DNA from: the human T2T-CHM13v2.0 reference genome, Homo sapiens | DNA length: 64,000 nucleotides | Direction: 5' to 3' (one strand) | Assembly: GCF_009914755.1 (NCBI RefSeq) | Contig: NC_060925.1 | Shown: one piece after another, positions 28,861 to 45,602 of the stretch | How the letters are laid out: each line of letters begins with the position of its first letter | Numbering within the stretch: position 1 is the stretch's first letter | Program-made: the position numbers and the translations under genes | Notes under the pieces: model-generated | Databases searched by the model: none | The model's input: only the letters and a program-made list of their open reading frames with translations | Told to the model about the DNA's origin: nothing

Positions 28861-31800
28861 TTAACCCCCATCAGCTGCATCCAGAAAGCAACTCACAGCT
28901 CTGAAGAACCTGACAAAGATGACAAGTCGTTTGCCTGTCTACCTGCCAAGGTGCCTGCGTGTCTGTCCAGTTGTTGGACTGTCTACAGAAATGCCTCTCA
29001 AACTTAAAAAAAAAATACTTCCCTACCTATGGTGCTGCCTGCTTTGTTTCTGTCTCTTGTGCTGTTTGTCTGTCTCTCTCCTACAGAAACAGACGCTAAC
29101 CCACCAGGCATCCTTTACAATTTCTCAGTGCTATAAAGCAGCCGTGCCACATACCTATTCATATAGTAGCGTAGCAACAGAAATGACCGAGGAGGAGGTC
29201 AGGGGAAGAGGGGGGCAGTTAAGTGAGGAGAGATGAAGCCTTTCAGTATCACAGAATAGAAACTAAGAGGGGGCAAGATCACATCATAATCGCTAACCCT
29301 TATGTGCAAAACAGCACGATTGACGCTTTACAAGGACCATTTCAGTCATTAGTCGCAACAGCCAGCCCCATAATGTAGGCACAATGATCATTTCTGGTTT
29401 AAAGATAAGGAACCAGGTACTCAACCACTGAGACCAAGCCTCTCTGTGGATTCACGAGGAGGAGGGGGCTGAGAACTCAACCTCCTGGGTCCTGGGGAAA
29501 GTTTTTAGCATAGTCTCATTGCAGCCTGTTTCATTCAACAGCTAATGAAATCACACCCTCCTCTGGAAACTGCTTCTCCTCCTCCAGAATTAGTCATTCT
29601 TTCCCCATTGTTCTCATACCTTTATTTATAGTAGTCATCCCATTTTACTTCACTTATTTGTTAACATTTCTATGTCCTCTACTGCACTGTGGATCCTTTG
29701 GGGCTTGGTCGTGTTACTGTCTCCTTAACACCCACACAGTGCGTAGGCAGGGCAGGCTTAGGGCATGCACAGAGGAATGGGATCTTTAATAATTGGGGGG
29801 CCCCTCCCTGTTCCTTCCTGTATCTGAGCACCTCCCATATTGCACCTTGATTGCTTGCTGCCTGTCCTGTGTCCCCCACCTAAACTGTCAGTAACTTGAG
29901 GGCTAGGGTCATGCTGGATGAATCTATGAATTTCCAAGGCTTAGCCTGGATTGTCTGTAAAATAAATATTTACTGAATGAATGAATGAATGAATGAATGG
30001 ATATGGAGTACACTGACCTCAGAAGATGTACAGTCCTAAAAATAATAATTAGGTTCCGGAAGGATGTAAATACAAGTCCAGATGGCAGGCCTGTTATTCG
30101 TGTGGACATATGGGGAATTTGGAGCATGCCTTGAATCTTTCAGGCGGCTGGTAGCAAATCTGCTTTCTCTAAACCATCCCTCAGTATCCTTCAGTCCAGG
30201 CACAGTCTGTGGCTAGAAAAGCCCTGGGGTTGACCAAAGAGCCATTGCTTGGGCCTTATAGTTAACCCTAATTACCCTAAGCCAGGAGCGTACTAGGCTG
30301 AGGCAGCATAGATGGAGAACATGGAAACCTTCAGAGCTGAACTGCTCATGGGCTTAGTTATACATCTTGTGTTTTATCTTGTCCTAAGGCTCCTCATTAG
30401 TCCTTTGAAGATGGGGGCCACATGTCCCACCACCAAGTCCCTACTTTTCTGAATGGACCCTCCTCCCTGTGTCCTGCTCAATTCAGGACCAGCTTCAGTT
30501 TCCTAAGACTTTATATATGGCCTCATTTATTTCTCTTGGAGGAGAAATCTAACTTTACAGTACTTTTAAACTTAGTCTGTTTGCAAAACTTCCAAATATC
30601 ATGATGAATGTGCTGAGATGGCTCATAAAACTCAAGGGACAGTGGTGGGCAGGCTCCCTGGGGGCAGTGGCTGCTGATAATTTACATAGACGTTTCCAGC
30701 ATGTGTACATTTCTTTGATGATCTCAGATGAGGGTGAGGGTGAGGATTTGTCGGGGGGAGGGGGAGTTGCTTAGGGCCATGCATATGTAAACACTTATTA
30801 CTCAGTCATATCACATGGGCAGCCTTCTGAAGCATCTCTCCATTTTCTCTGAGATTACTACCTTTCCCCTCCATCTAGGCAGAGGCCTGTGGTGCAGTGG
30901 GATGATCATGGACTTTGGAGTTAGATACATTGTGTCAACTCACTGAAATTTAATCTCTTCATCTGCCTTCATCTGGACAATAATAGCATTCTCATAAGAC
31001 TGTAGAATCAACGCATGAGATTTTATATATAAGATAGGTAAACATAGGGGAATGGTTAGCACATAGTAGCCTCTCCACCAATGTCCCAGGTGAATCTACA
31101 TGGATTACCTGCTTCCATTTGGAACCCTAACTGCCTGGATTCTGGGACTGGCAGAAAGCCTGAGAAGCATATGGGAAGCGTGCATTAGCTGCCCGAGGCT
31201 CACAGCACCCTCATGGTTCCTGATGCCTCTTGCCCTCTGCCTAATTCTCGACAGCTGGCTTCCCTTAAACATGGGCTTGGGTGTGTTTTTGGACCTCCTT
31301 CCTGGCCCTGCTTCCTGCATAAGAGCTATGTGCCCCACCTCTGCCCCAGCACGAGCCTCTCCTCCTTCCCACACGCCTGATACCTTTACGAGGAGGGGCT
31401 GATAGCTTTAGATGTGGCCAGTCCTTGGCCAATCCCCAGGTCCTGACTCCCTGTCAGGCCTTTGTCCTGGGCACCAGGGAGGGGACAGGAGGGATAGAGG
31501 GACGGGGCACTTGCTTCCGGGAGAGTCTCCAAAGTAACAGGGGAGGTGAACAGATGAACTTAGAAGCCAAACACAGGCACAAATGGAAACAAATAAATGT
31601 TCCAGAGAAACAAACAGTCACAACCACAGGTAAGTGCTGTGGCTGATTCTGGCATCTGTGACTTCTGTCGCCCCCATCAGAAGGGGTCTCGTTAAGGGCA
31701 GAGGTTGTACCTTATCCATCAGCCTGGGGCTTCTGAGGCAGAGGGTTAGGTCTTCTCCATCACACCAGGATTCCCAAGGACAGGGCCATGTCTCTTGCTG

Positions 31801-34115
31801 CAGACTGGGGTCCCCTGGGGTCAGGGCTGTCTCTTCTACATCAAATTCAGGGGCCCCTGATGTCAGGGGCTATGTCACCTCCCTCCCCGCCACCCACGTC
31901 ACACCATGCATTAAAGCCCAGGGCTGTTCATCTCCTTCTCGGCTGGAAATGTTCCTGGTAGCACTATGTGGACTAAATCATCCAATTTGCATGGCGACTG
32001 GGAGCAGCCCCCGGTGGGCATTCCCGAGATGCCTCCAGCCTGAGCCTCGGCAGCAGGGCTGGTGGTAATTAGAGGTGACTATAACTACTGTGCATTATTA
32101 ATAACATGTGAAACAGAAGACAAATGTAATAATGAAAATATTGTGAGGTGTCATGAACAAACAGTAATTGGAATAATAAGTTAAAGAATGAGTTTATGTA
32201 ATGAGATCAATGAGGCAAGAGCTTAAGGGCTGTGTGCATCTGTGGTCCTGGTTAATTCCATTCAAGGAGAATTTCCCCCAGAACCATTTAGCTGAGGATG
32301 CTTTCCCAGAGACTAAAGGAGCTGCTAGCAGCCAGACATGAACTGAACCTTCCTGGGGTGGGTGGCGGGGTTCTATGTGTTTCTGAGTGTGTGTGGCCAG
32401 ATCAGGGTGGGTGGATGCCTTTGGGGATGGTTATAGGAGACGGAGTAAACCCTGGGGTTATTTAATTGCTCAGAAATGGAATTCTGTAGCTCTTTGTTTT
32501 AATGTTTCCTTTCTGAGATTGTAAAAGGTTATTGGCAAAATAACGATAATTGGTTATTGATAAATACAGATAAAAATGTTATTGGCAAAATGCTGAAAAT
32601 TATATGCCACCTCTTGGTTTATGTAAATGATGTCATCTAAGGTAGAGTAAAGCCTGTGAATTGGATGCTGTTATCTCTGTTTTATAAACAAGGAAGCTGA
32701 GGTTAAGGGGGTTTGCTGGCCTGCCTGAGATCTAGGCGTTGGTAAGTGGCAGAGCAGTGACCCCACCTTGGCCTGCATGAGTGCACAGCCTGGGCCCGGC
32801 TCATCTTGCCAGCCTGTCTAAGCTGTCCTCGGCATAGCCTGAGGGCTCCATGGACTTGTCTCGGGCACAGCTGACCTCACTGGCATTTGAGATGCTGGTC
32901 CCTGTTTCAGTCAGTGCAGTGCTGCTTTGATCTGTTTTGTATATTTTTATGGGGTTTTATATACTATTTCACTTTACGTGAGGTCCATGGCTAACAGTGA
33001 GCATGGAAAATACTCCATGAATGCAGCTAGTGTTTTATCCAGCCCTACATTATAAGGATTGAGCAAACAGGCACCCAGGAGCCTCATACATTAGGGACAG
33101 ACAGCAATCACTTCGCCCTGGTGAAAATACTTGCTTCCCCTACTACCTGGGCACAGCGCTCTGAACAGACTTCTTTAAAGCTCTTGCAAGGAGGCTGGCA
33201 GGGCCCACTTCCAACTTCCAACAGCTGCCTCTAACCTCCACATCTCCTGTTCTCCCTGCCGCTTGCTCCAGCTTGGCCTCTGAGCTGTTCCTCAAATGCT
33301 GAGCATGCTCATCGTTTGGGTCTTGGTCCTCTGTTCCCTCTTCTCCCAGATATCTATCTCTGGCCAAATGTCAACTCATCAGAGAGGCCTTTTCTGACCA
33401 TGATAAAAGAGCAACCCTAGCTCCAGCACTTTCTAAGCTGACTTAATTTTTCTCTGTATGCCTCAACACTGCCTGACACATCACATATCTAAATATTCAC
33501 AGCTTGTGTCCCCACCACCAGAATGTGGACCACGAGTGAAGAATTTCTCTGTTTTGTTCACCTTTGTACCTTCAGAACCTAGCAGATGCCTGAGATGTAG
33601 TGGGTCATCTATAAATGACCCCGCCCCTGTTCCTTTTGTCCTCCCCTGCTGAATGGATGAAGCCTTCCTAAGGCGTCTCTAAGAGTGAGCACCGCCATTG
33701 GATTAGTAAAAGCACCCACCTACTCCTCCAGATGGGGACTCCCCCTGGGCAAAGGTCATATACCCCTCCTACAGGCCCACCTAGTGCCCATCCAGATTCC
33801 TCGGTAAGAGGCATCCTTAAGCCATGGGTCTGTGTGCTGAGGGTGGGGAGGTAAGAGTACTGAAATCGACTTCATGTGAGTGCCCACTGTGGACCTAATT
33901 TGTAAAGGTCACTGTAGTTTATACAGAACTGCCTGATGAAGCAGGGATTGCCATCCCTATTTTGCAGATAAGGAGGATGGAGCAGAAGGAGGTTAGGTTA
34001 CCTGCCCCGGGTCCCACTGCAGGTAAGTGTGGTAAGTGTGGGCTAAGTCAGCCTCTTGGCCTGTGTGCCGTCCACCACCTCACATCAATTGACTATAATC
34101 TGTCCCACCCCATTA

Positions 34116-34646
<531 letters not shown>

Positions 34647-35825
34647 CTAGACAGGCTTCCCAGGAGGATTTCTGAGGATCCTCAGGACTCAGCTCTTCTC
34701 TGTGCTATCCTTTTATCTCCATTTTAAACCTGTGCCTTGGGGCTCACAGGCTCTCCTGCTTCCTTGTCTCTGGGCAACAAACTAGATACATTCAACCAGC
34801 AGTTTCTAGAAGGTCAGAATACATGACTTAGCCTCAGGCAACTCCCACTGGTGAAGACACTCCAAATGCCTGACGAGAAGCCATGTCTCAGCTACGTTGG
34901 CACTTGAGGCAGACGGCAAGCATGACCAGGGGCATTTATGGGCCAAAGCCCTGCCTGGGGCCTCTAGTGACAGCATAGAAGTGACTAGTCCCTCGTCTGC
35001 AAGGGCTTCTCCCTTCAGGATGCAGTCCTCCAGGGATGTGTGATGAGAAAGAGGGTCTCTCTCATAAGGGTTGAGTCTCACTGGCTGGATATGTCCCATT
35101 GGCCAAGTGAATCCAGGGATGTGACAGGTGACTTCTGCATTGGAGGCCTGGCAGGGGACTAAGCTGGGCCACACCCCAGTTCCTAGAAGCTGGATACCTC
35201 TTGTCCATCCCAGGAGGAATCCATCTGATACTCCTGGCCGTGGCTGAGAAAGGTGGAGGGAGGTACTCTGGGGTGCTACGGGACAAGAATGGTGAAGGGC
35301 TCGGTATGAGAGGAGCCAAGGGTCCTCTTTTCTCCCTGAATGCCAAATAAAAGCACTTTCTTTTCCAAATCCCTAAACAGAGAGATAAATATCTATTACT
35401 ACAAAATTAGCATTGATGAAAAAGATCCCAAATGAGACTAAACCACTCCAATATGTTAATTTCAAACCTTTTTTTTTTTCATATTGCTGGGGTTGGCAAT
35501 GTGGAAGTGGAATCAGAAGAAAAATCTCGAATAACTAAGGTAGGAAGGGACTTTTGTGAAGTCCTCTAGTTCATCCAGCTAGGTGGGCCATGTTCAGAGC
35601 AAATCCTAAACACCTTCATAGAATAAGAATCCTCAGTGATTATGCTAACTCCTTCCAAGACCATTATAGGTAAGTTCTTACTTGGGTCTAACCCAAGCAT
35701 CTTTTGCTGAAGCACTAAGGTCAACTTCCCAGGGACTGGAGAGTGGATTAATATCTATCTGCTAGGAAAACCAGAGACTGGTAGCAGAAGGAGAGAGCAA
35801 ATAGCACCATGGTCTCTTCCCCTCA

Positions 35826-36080
<255 letters not shown>

Positions 36081-36369
36081 TCAGGTTGTTGATGGCGAGA
36101 TGGCTGGAGAACCTCAGCTGCAAGACAGGATCTACACAAACATTTCCAGTTTGCAAATGTCTATCTGTGTGTATGACTACAAGCATGCATTGACAAATCA
36201 TACAGGTGAATCTGAATGAAGGAACCTGAACACACAAGTGCCCAGAGATTCAGTCAGGGAGAAGAATTTTACAGTTCTTCTTTTACAGTTCTAAAATTAC
36301 AGGGAGAATTTTACAGTTCTCAAAATTTAAAAGAGAGATTTATGGCTTGACCTATGAGAATGCTTTAGA

Positions 36370-37330
36370 GACATTCATTAATTCATCCAACAAGCATTTG
36401 TGTATTTGTTGAGTCTTTACTATGGGCTAGGATCCAGGGTTAGGTGCAAGAGGATATACCAGACATTAAACGAATAGCTGCAATACAGAGTGCTGAGTGC
36501 TGGAATGAATGTAGACAGCATGCCATGGGGGCCGGAACAGAAAGCAGTTGACAGCAGGAAGAGGCAGGTGGAGGATGGCTTCACCAAGGAGTAAACAATT
36601 GACATGGATCTTAAAAGGATGCACAGGAATTAACCAGGTAAGGGAAGGAAGAGTGTCCCAGGCAGGAGACCCATATGTGTAAAGGGACTGTCAATTCCAG
36701 GTTTGTTGAGCAGCAGCTGGGTGTGGCTACTCCTGGAATTGAAGCTGGATAGGTAGACGGGGGCCAGACCCAATATTTTTCTGGAGGCAATGAGAAGCCA
36801 TCCTATCCAGAGTGGACCAGATCTCAGTTTTAGCAAGATGTTGGTGGCTGTAAGGAGGATGAAGTGGAGGGAGAGCAGGGAGGGAGATCAGTTATATTGG
36901 TGGCTGCTCTGCACTGGGAGAGGATGGGGCTTGGCAGAAGGAGCAAGAGCAGGAGATGGCCATGAGCCTTCAGGGGTCAGGGTAGGGTAGCCAAGACAGC
37001 AGGCACTTAATGCAAAGGAGAAATAACATGACATCCAGTGGCACGTCCACCTGAAGGATGGTGATGTCTTCTGTTACCTAGGGAAGGGCACGCAGGAGGA
37101 AGGTGTGGGTTGTAGAAGAGTAATGGACTTAGCCTTTTCTGCATGCAAGCAGTGAGAGCTAGTGGGCCACTGGAAGGACAGATTTGGAAGTTCAGGATTA
37201 AAGGGGGACTACAGAGGTAGATTTGAGTCACCAGCAAATAGTTGATATCTGAAGCCACAAGCAAGGAGAAGAGGGCTAGGAGAGAAGAGGGCAGAGTGAG
37301 AATCAGAGAAGGGGTGATTGGAAGCATGGG
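36370..37330 (-). mobile_element. L2 fragment
   Basis: cattcattaattcatccaacaagcatttg...tgagaagccat...gatctcagttttagcaagat...gtagatttgagtcaccagca. Confidence 0.65.
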
Positions 37331-38131
37331 CAGAAGTGACAGGGAGTAGGAGACCAGGTGAAGTTGGAGCGATGGGGGAGATGGTCAAAGAGCAATCAGA
37401 GAGCTGGAAAGAGGGAGGAGGGAGCTCCAGTAAGGGGGAAGGTTAAGAGCATAAAATAAAATCAAAGTAATGATATTCATTAACATTTCAAGCACTAAAT
37501 ATTTACTGTCCTAACTGCTTTTACTTGCACTATAGTCAGCCCCTGTCCCTTGGAAGGGAGACAGAAAAACTCATTTAATTCTGCCAGGAACCCTGTGGCG
37601 TGGGTATGTTATTATCATCTCCAGTTTACATCCAAGGAAACGGAGGCACAAAGAGATGAAGTCATCTGTCCAAGGTCGCCCAGCTAGTATGTGGTAGAGC
37701 TAGGATCTGAACTAAGGCAATCCGATTGCAGAGGCTGTGCTCTCAGCTACTCCAGGGTGCGGCCTCTCAGGCTACAGAAAGAGAGCAGGTAGTTAAGAAC
37801 AGCCAGGTAGGGTAAGAGATCAGGTAGTGAGGGAAGTTATAGAGCAGCATGGTCTTAACACCCAAAGCAATTCTAGAACTTGTCCAGATGGCAGTTGTGT
37901 TTGGTGGGCATGTGTGTAAGTGCGTGGCCATGCACATGGGCCATGCCCCATGTCGGAGCTTGAATCCAGATTTGATGTGACAGATGCACACACAAATACT
38001 TAACTTGAATGAACCATGCAGAATCACACCAAGTGAGTATCCTATTGGGACTATGTGTTGTGGATGGTGCCAGGACAGGAACTCATGTTAGACTAGGACC
38101 CACCTGCTACTCCAAGTGTGATCCCACTTTC

Positions 38132-38295
38132 TACTCAAAGTATGGTCCATGAACCAGCAGTGTGGTCAGCACTGGGGGACTTACTAGAATTGCAGAATCT
38201 TTGGCCTCCACTGAAGACCTACTGAATCAGAATCTGCATGCTCTTCAGATCCCAAATGATTTATACACACTTACAATTTGAGAAGTACTTCTCTA
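38132..38295 (+). mobile_element. MER5-family hAT-Charlie MITE
   Basis: tactcaaagtatggtcc...acctactgaatcagaatctgcat...tttgagaagtact. Confidence 0.75.
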
Positions 38296-39719
38296 GATAA
38301 TTACTGCTACATTTTTTATAAATGATGGTTGGAGATAAGCCTCTAATGCTAAAGCATTTTAAAGGTTTTTATATCCTTGCATCTCTGTTGATAGAGGCTG
38401 GTGATCCTGGAGGATTTGGGCTTCTATAGATAGAGGTGGAGGAGACAGAACCCAACAGAAGCGATGGGACCAAAGATGCAGCTTGTAAATACCCTGTTCC
38501 CAGGCAACTGAGAAGCATCAAGGCCTAAGCACCTACCAAGTGCCAGGCCTTGTGCTAAGCACTGAGAAAGATCTCCCAGTTTAGTGGAGAAGACAGACAC
38601 ATCACTACTAGTGAGAATTCAGAGTGGGGCATGGAGGAAGAATGGGAACTATGCCTCACTGGTTGGGAAGGCTTCACGGGGGTCAAAATCCTTGATGTGA
38701 AAAGGCTTGTGGGTGCATGTGCCCACGTGCATGCTCTACTCCTGACATACAAACATGTCTGCAAATGAGAAAACTGTTCTCAGTCTATACAGCTTAGGAA
38801 ATATACGTCCTTTCCCTCCTACCTAGGACATGGAGTTGGGTGGAGAGCGGGTGAGACCCAGTCACAGGTGGAAACAAGTTGATTAAGCATCGCGCTTTGC
38901 ACTCTATTCTTCTAGCATGCAAATAGAGCCCTTCCAAAGGGGTAAACATTTGGCTGGGATTCTAAGGATGAGCAAACATCTGAGCTGAAACCTCTGGGTT
39001 TCCCAGCTGCGCTGACTGCTTGGGGCTTTTTGGGCCATTGTGTGAAAATGAAGACATTGTTGCAGAAATAGAGAGGCCCCATGTTGGAGTTTGAATCCAG
39101 ATTTGATGTGACAGATGCACACACAAATACTTCACTTGACTGAACCAAGCAAAATCGTACCAATGACATCAATACCACATAGGAGCAGAAAGAGCAGGGC
39201 AGTGGAAAAGGCATGGACTTGGGGGTAAGAAACACCTGGATCAAAAGCCCATTTACCTGCTCAAAGGTCTTGGCTAAGGTTGCTTAACACCTCAGGTTCC
39301 AGGTTCTTCAACTGTAATATGTAGGCAATAATATCTCTCTTACAGGTGACATTTACCCCCGAAGTGAGTCATAACTGGGAAAGTATATGCAAAGCACACA
39401 GCATAGTGGCTGGCACACAGTAGGGGTGCAACAGAAGGCATTCCCTTTGCTCAACTCATCTAACTCCCGGAAAGCCTCACGGGTTAAAAGGTGTCAGCTC
39501 TGGGGTCTCAGCAAGGGCACATTCTCAGGACTCCTGAATTGGCTGCTCCCTTGGACTGGGCAGGTGGCAAGTTGAACTATTTCAAATTTCACAGAGTTTT
39601 GAGTTTCCTGAGCCATACTGCTGCCTCTTAGGGAGCAATCACAGACAGCAGCTTAATAGGTCTGTTAACCCGAGATACTCTTAGAAACAGAGAACGAAGA
39701 ATGCCCTCTGGAGAAGGGC

Positions 39720-40645
<926 letters not shown>

Positions 40646-41329
40646 CCATGATTTCTTGTTGATTCTCTGCTGAGCACCTTTCAACCGGGCTATGTCCTGT
40701 TCATCTTTGAAGACCAGCTGAAGTCTCAACTCCAGGACACCTTCCTAAGCCCTGGGCTGGGCTTGGGATGTTTTCACATCTCTGTCTGCTCTATCACATA
40801 TTGGTCATGCTATATACTGAGATCTTGGTTTAGGCTGTCTACTACCACTAAAGCATAAACTTCCTGAAGGCAGGCACTGGCAGAGTGGCTTGTTCAGCTG
40901 TTTTCCTAGCAATTTGGGTAGTGCAAGTATCAAATAAACATTTGTAAAATAGTTGGTGAGCTTGATTGACTTCCAGGAAAAAACACACACATAGAAACTC
41001 ACAGAAAAACATACACCTCCTGTAATCACAGATGCCCAGACACAGAGAAAACCACAATGACAGGGGTTGTTTCTCTAGGGATCGTGAGGGGCTGCTTTTC
41101 TTTCCAATGGTCTCCTCTGACCAGGCTTGGTGGAAACAGCTCTGCAGGATGAACAAGGACACTGTTCCAGCCCTCCCCTCCTTAGGAACAATGTTGTGGG
41201 AAGCGGACAATCCTGGGCCTCACCCTGACCACCTGGCTAGTCTTGCCTTGATGCAGTAAGCTCCAGGCCACCCTAGCCCTGGGTAGGGCAGGCCTAGTAA
41301 AGGCCAAGTGACACACTTAAGTACATGTG

Positions 41330-42800
41330 GTGGGACTATAAATGACTTTTCTTTCAAATCTTCTTTGTTATACAAATAGTATATTTTAGATGTAATGTGT
41401 TTACTGCTCAAAATTAGAAAAAAGCCAAAAGATGAAAATAAGAGACAACATCTTGGGGTATATTTTTTCCAGGCTGTTTTCTATGCAAACAAGGATGTCT
41501 TTTAAACTAAATATATTCTTTTGGCAAACTTATTTTTTTTACTTAACAAAGTATTGCAACCACCCCTGTAGGTCTTTAAATATTCTTTCATGTTATTCCT
41601 TTTAGGAGCTGCCTAGTATTTTATTCTATGGCCATACCCTATGTTTATTTAACATTTCCTTATTGATGGACATTTTAATAGTTCTTAATTTTTCAGTATA
41701 ATACATAATATCTTAGGGGAAATCTTTGAAGCTAAATCTTGATGTAGAGTTTTACTTATTTTCTTCAGATAAATTCCAGTAAGTGGAATTGCTAGATGCA
41801 AAGGCAGGTACAGTTGTCCCTCTGTATCTGCAGGGGATTTGTTCCAGGACCACCCTTGGATACCAAAATCTGCAGATTCCTAAGTCCCTTACAATATATT
41901 TTCGAGACTTTTGATTCACATCACCAAGTCACCCTCTGGAATGCCTGAACCATTTCGCACAATGTCAGCAGTCAATAGCATGCAAGTGTCCACATTATCC
42001 CCCAGACTGTTACAATTTTCTTTGATGACTTAAAAAGGGAAATGGTATTTCTCTTTTAAAATTACACTTGTTTCATTATTAATGAGGTCCATGATTTTCC
42101 ATTTGTATTTCCTCTGTTACAAAGTGTTACTTTATAGCTTTGCTCATTTTGCGGGCTGGTTTGGCTAGGCATATGTCTCCTAAAAATTTTAAAGAACTCT
42201 TTGTGTGTCTGGTTGCTAATCCTTAGTCGATCACATGTTGCGATTTTTTTTTTTCTATTTAGTATTTGACTTTAAATTTTTATGGAACTTTTTTTTTTTA
42301 ACCTAAATCCTTTCAAAGTTTTTTTTAATTGAATCTAGCAGTCTTTGCCTTTATGGATTCTACCTTTGTTGTTACTCTTTAAAGTACGTGCCCACCTGAG
42401 GTTAGAGATTCATGTTCCTCTAGTGCTGGAGTTTATGTGATTAAATGCTTGAGAATGCTTGAGGTATAGACGGTTTTTTTTTCTTTTGTTCCAATGGTTC
42501 AACCCACTGTTTTAACACCATTTATTACATAATCCATCCTTTCTTCAATGGATCTGAAATGACACTTTACTTATATACTAAAGTCTGTCTCTTTCTCACA
42601 CGTACACAGGCATGTGTGTGCACACACGGAGGGATCTATTTCTGGACAATTATTCTCCACGTCTTATTTGTATGTCCACTCTTGTACTCATACCACATTG
42701 TTAACATTAATTTAGCCCATAACAACATTTTAATATCCGGAAGGATTAATCTTCCTTTAAAATTAGTTTTTTGGCTCTTCTGCATGTTAATTCTTCTAGA
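41330..42800 (-). mobile_element. Old L1ME-type fragment with nested MER2-like piece (~41808-41897)
   Basis: agataaattccagtaagtggaattgctagat; tacagttgtccctctgtatctgcaggggatttgttccaggacc. Confidence 0.65.
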
Positions 42801-43739
42801 TCAGAGGTTCTTAATTAAAAGCATGCATCAAAATTACTGGCAAAGTGTTCTGAAAACATAGATGCCTGGTTTCCACCGCCAACGTAGAAAATCAAAACCT
42901 CTAGCCTTGGGCCTAAGCATTAGTGTATTTGCCAAACTGCAAGAACCATGACTCTGGATGAACTTGGCAATAAGCTTCTGAGGCTAGAAGCCAAATCTGC
43001 CTGGTTACTGCTGATGCCCAGCCCCAGTGTCAGCCACATGGGTGGCACCGAATACATATTTGTTGAGAAAAGAGTATTAATATATTAATTAACATTTATT
43101 TATAACCAGCACTTTTACTTTGAACTTGGACTCCCAAAGGTCACTCACGTTAGGGGAGCTGAGGCAGCAGTGCAGGCTGGTGACCCATATGAAAGATGGC
43201 ATCAGGGGAGGAGCTGAGTTATGCAAGAAGGGGATCGCTGTGTTCAGTATCTGAAGGGTGAATGTGAAGAAGAGGGAGCAGGTGTATCTGATGCTCCTCC
43301 AGGATGCAATACAAGAAAAACATTTTCAGAGACACCTAATAGACTATTAGAAGAAAGCATCTGTGCAAAAATGATAGTAGGTGCCCATCTGTTGAACGGG
43401 TTGGTGGCCTCCCCACATCAGGCATGTTTAGGCAGAGGGTGAGCTGAGCTGGCGTGTTGCCATCTTGCAGGGAGTGATTTAGAGAAGGTTCCTGTACTGA
43501 GTGAGATTGGACAGCTGGTAACCTCTAAGAGCTCTTCCAGCAGGGAGATTTTAGAATCTCAACAATACTTATTGAACAAGTTCTACCATTCAAAGGGATG
43601 AGAAGACTCTGGAAGTTTTCTTGTTGGTGAGAAAAGTTCAGACGAAGCCCAGAGGTCACTATCTAGGGAGATCCCCATTGAGGTCAACTTGACCTGAGGA
43701 ACTTGGGTCCCTGACCTCGTCACATCCCAATGCCTGCTA

Positions 43740-44298
<559 letters not shown>

Positions 44299-44879
44299 TT
44301 ACTGTCACTACAGAGGGACCCCAGTTGACTCCAAAGAGTAAGAAGAGAGCCCTGGTTTATTAAAGGCAGAAGTTGCCAATTACTGACTCATGAAATGTGG
44401 CCGTCAGAATTTGCTGAGAGTGGCTTAGGTGCTATGCTAAGGCTTAGGAGTAAGAAAATGACCTTGTCCTCATGGTGCTCGCAGCTCCAGCTTTCTATGT
44501 TGGTCTACAGAGAACTGAAGTGACAATGATCCTTTAAATCGAGGGGATGAATGTGGGAGGTGATGAGGAAGGACAAGTGTGGGTGTGAGATGCCATCTTG
44601 GGTTAACTTCATGGTCAGTCAAATGTTCTGATCCCAGAGTGCCCAGCGTGGCGGCACCCAATCACCTGCCAGGAGGTCTGCACGCAAGGGCCTAGCGTGA
44701 AGGTTGTGAACAACTCTAAGCTCCCATGACCTGAGGGATGCTGAGAGCAACAGAGTGCCTTCCCCAGGGCCTTCTGAAGGGCACAGCCTAGCCAAGAACA
44801 CCATGGGGATGGGGCCAAGCAGGGGCCTGTGGTGGAGCACAGTCCTGAGGCCTTTGACCCACCTGGGCTGACCTTGTCA

Positions 44880-45236
<357 letters not shown>

Positions 45237-45397
45237 TCACTAGCGATGCAGAAGGACCTTCTCCACTCTATTTAACATCCCTCCTCCTCCTTCCATGGTT
45301 GGAAACTGCTCTCATCCTCTCTGTGGCCTGATCTGTGAGCCAGCTTAAGACCTAGAGGCACAATGACTAGCCTCATGGAGGTCAGAACATTCTAGGC

Positions 45398-45602
45398 TAG
45401 GGGTCAGCACACTAAAGCCTCAGGGCCAGATCTGGTCTATAGCCTGGAGAGCTAAGGATGCTTTTTACATTTGTAAAGAGATCTTAAAAAAAAAAAAAGG
45501 CAAAGCAGAGCATGCATCAGAGATATGCAAGTAGGCAAGTGGCCCACAAAGCCTAAAATATTTACCATCTGGCTCTTCACACAAAAGTTTGCAGACTGCT
45601 AT
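45398..45602 (+). mobile_element. MER58-family hAT MITE
   Basis: ggggtcagca...tggcccacaaagcctaaaatatttaccatctggctcttcacacaaaagtttgc. Confidence 0.8.

Noticed and set aside
31624-34040. Perfect CAG|GTAAGT donors on the + strand (~31630, ~34022) suggesting an antisense transcript
   Set aside because: They sit in L2/MIR-like sequence with no matching acceptors or promoter evidence; expected by chance
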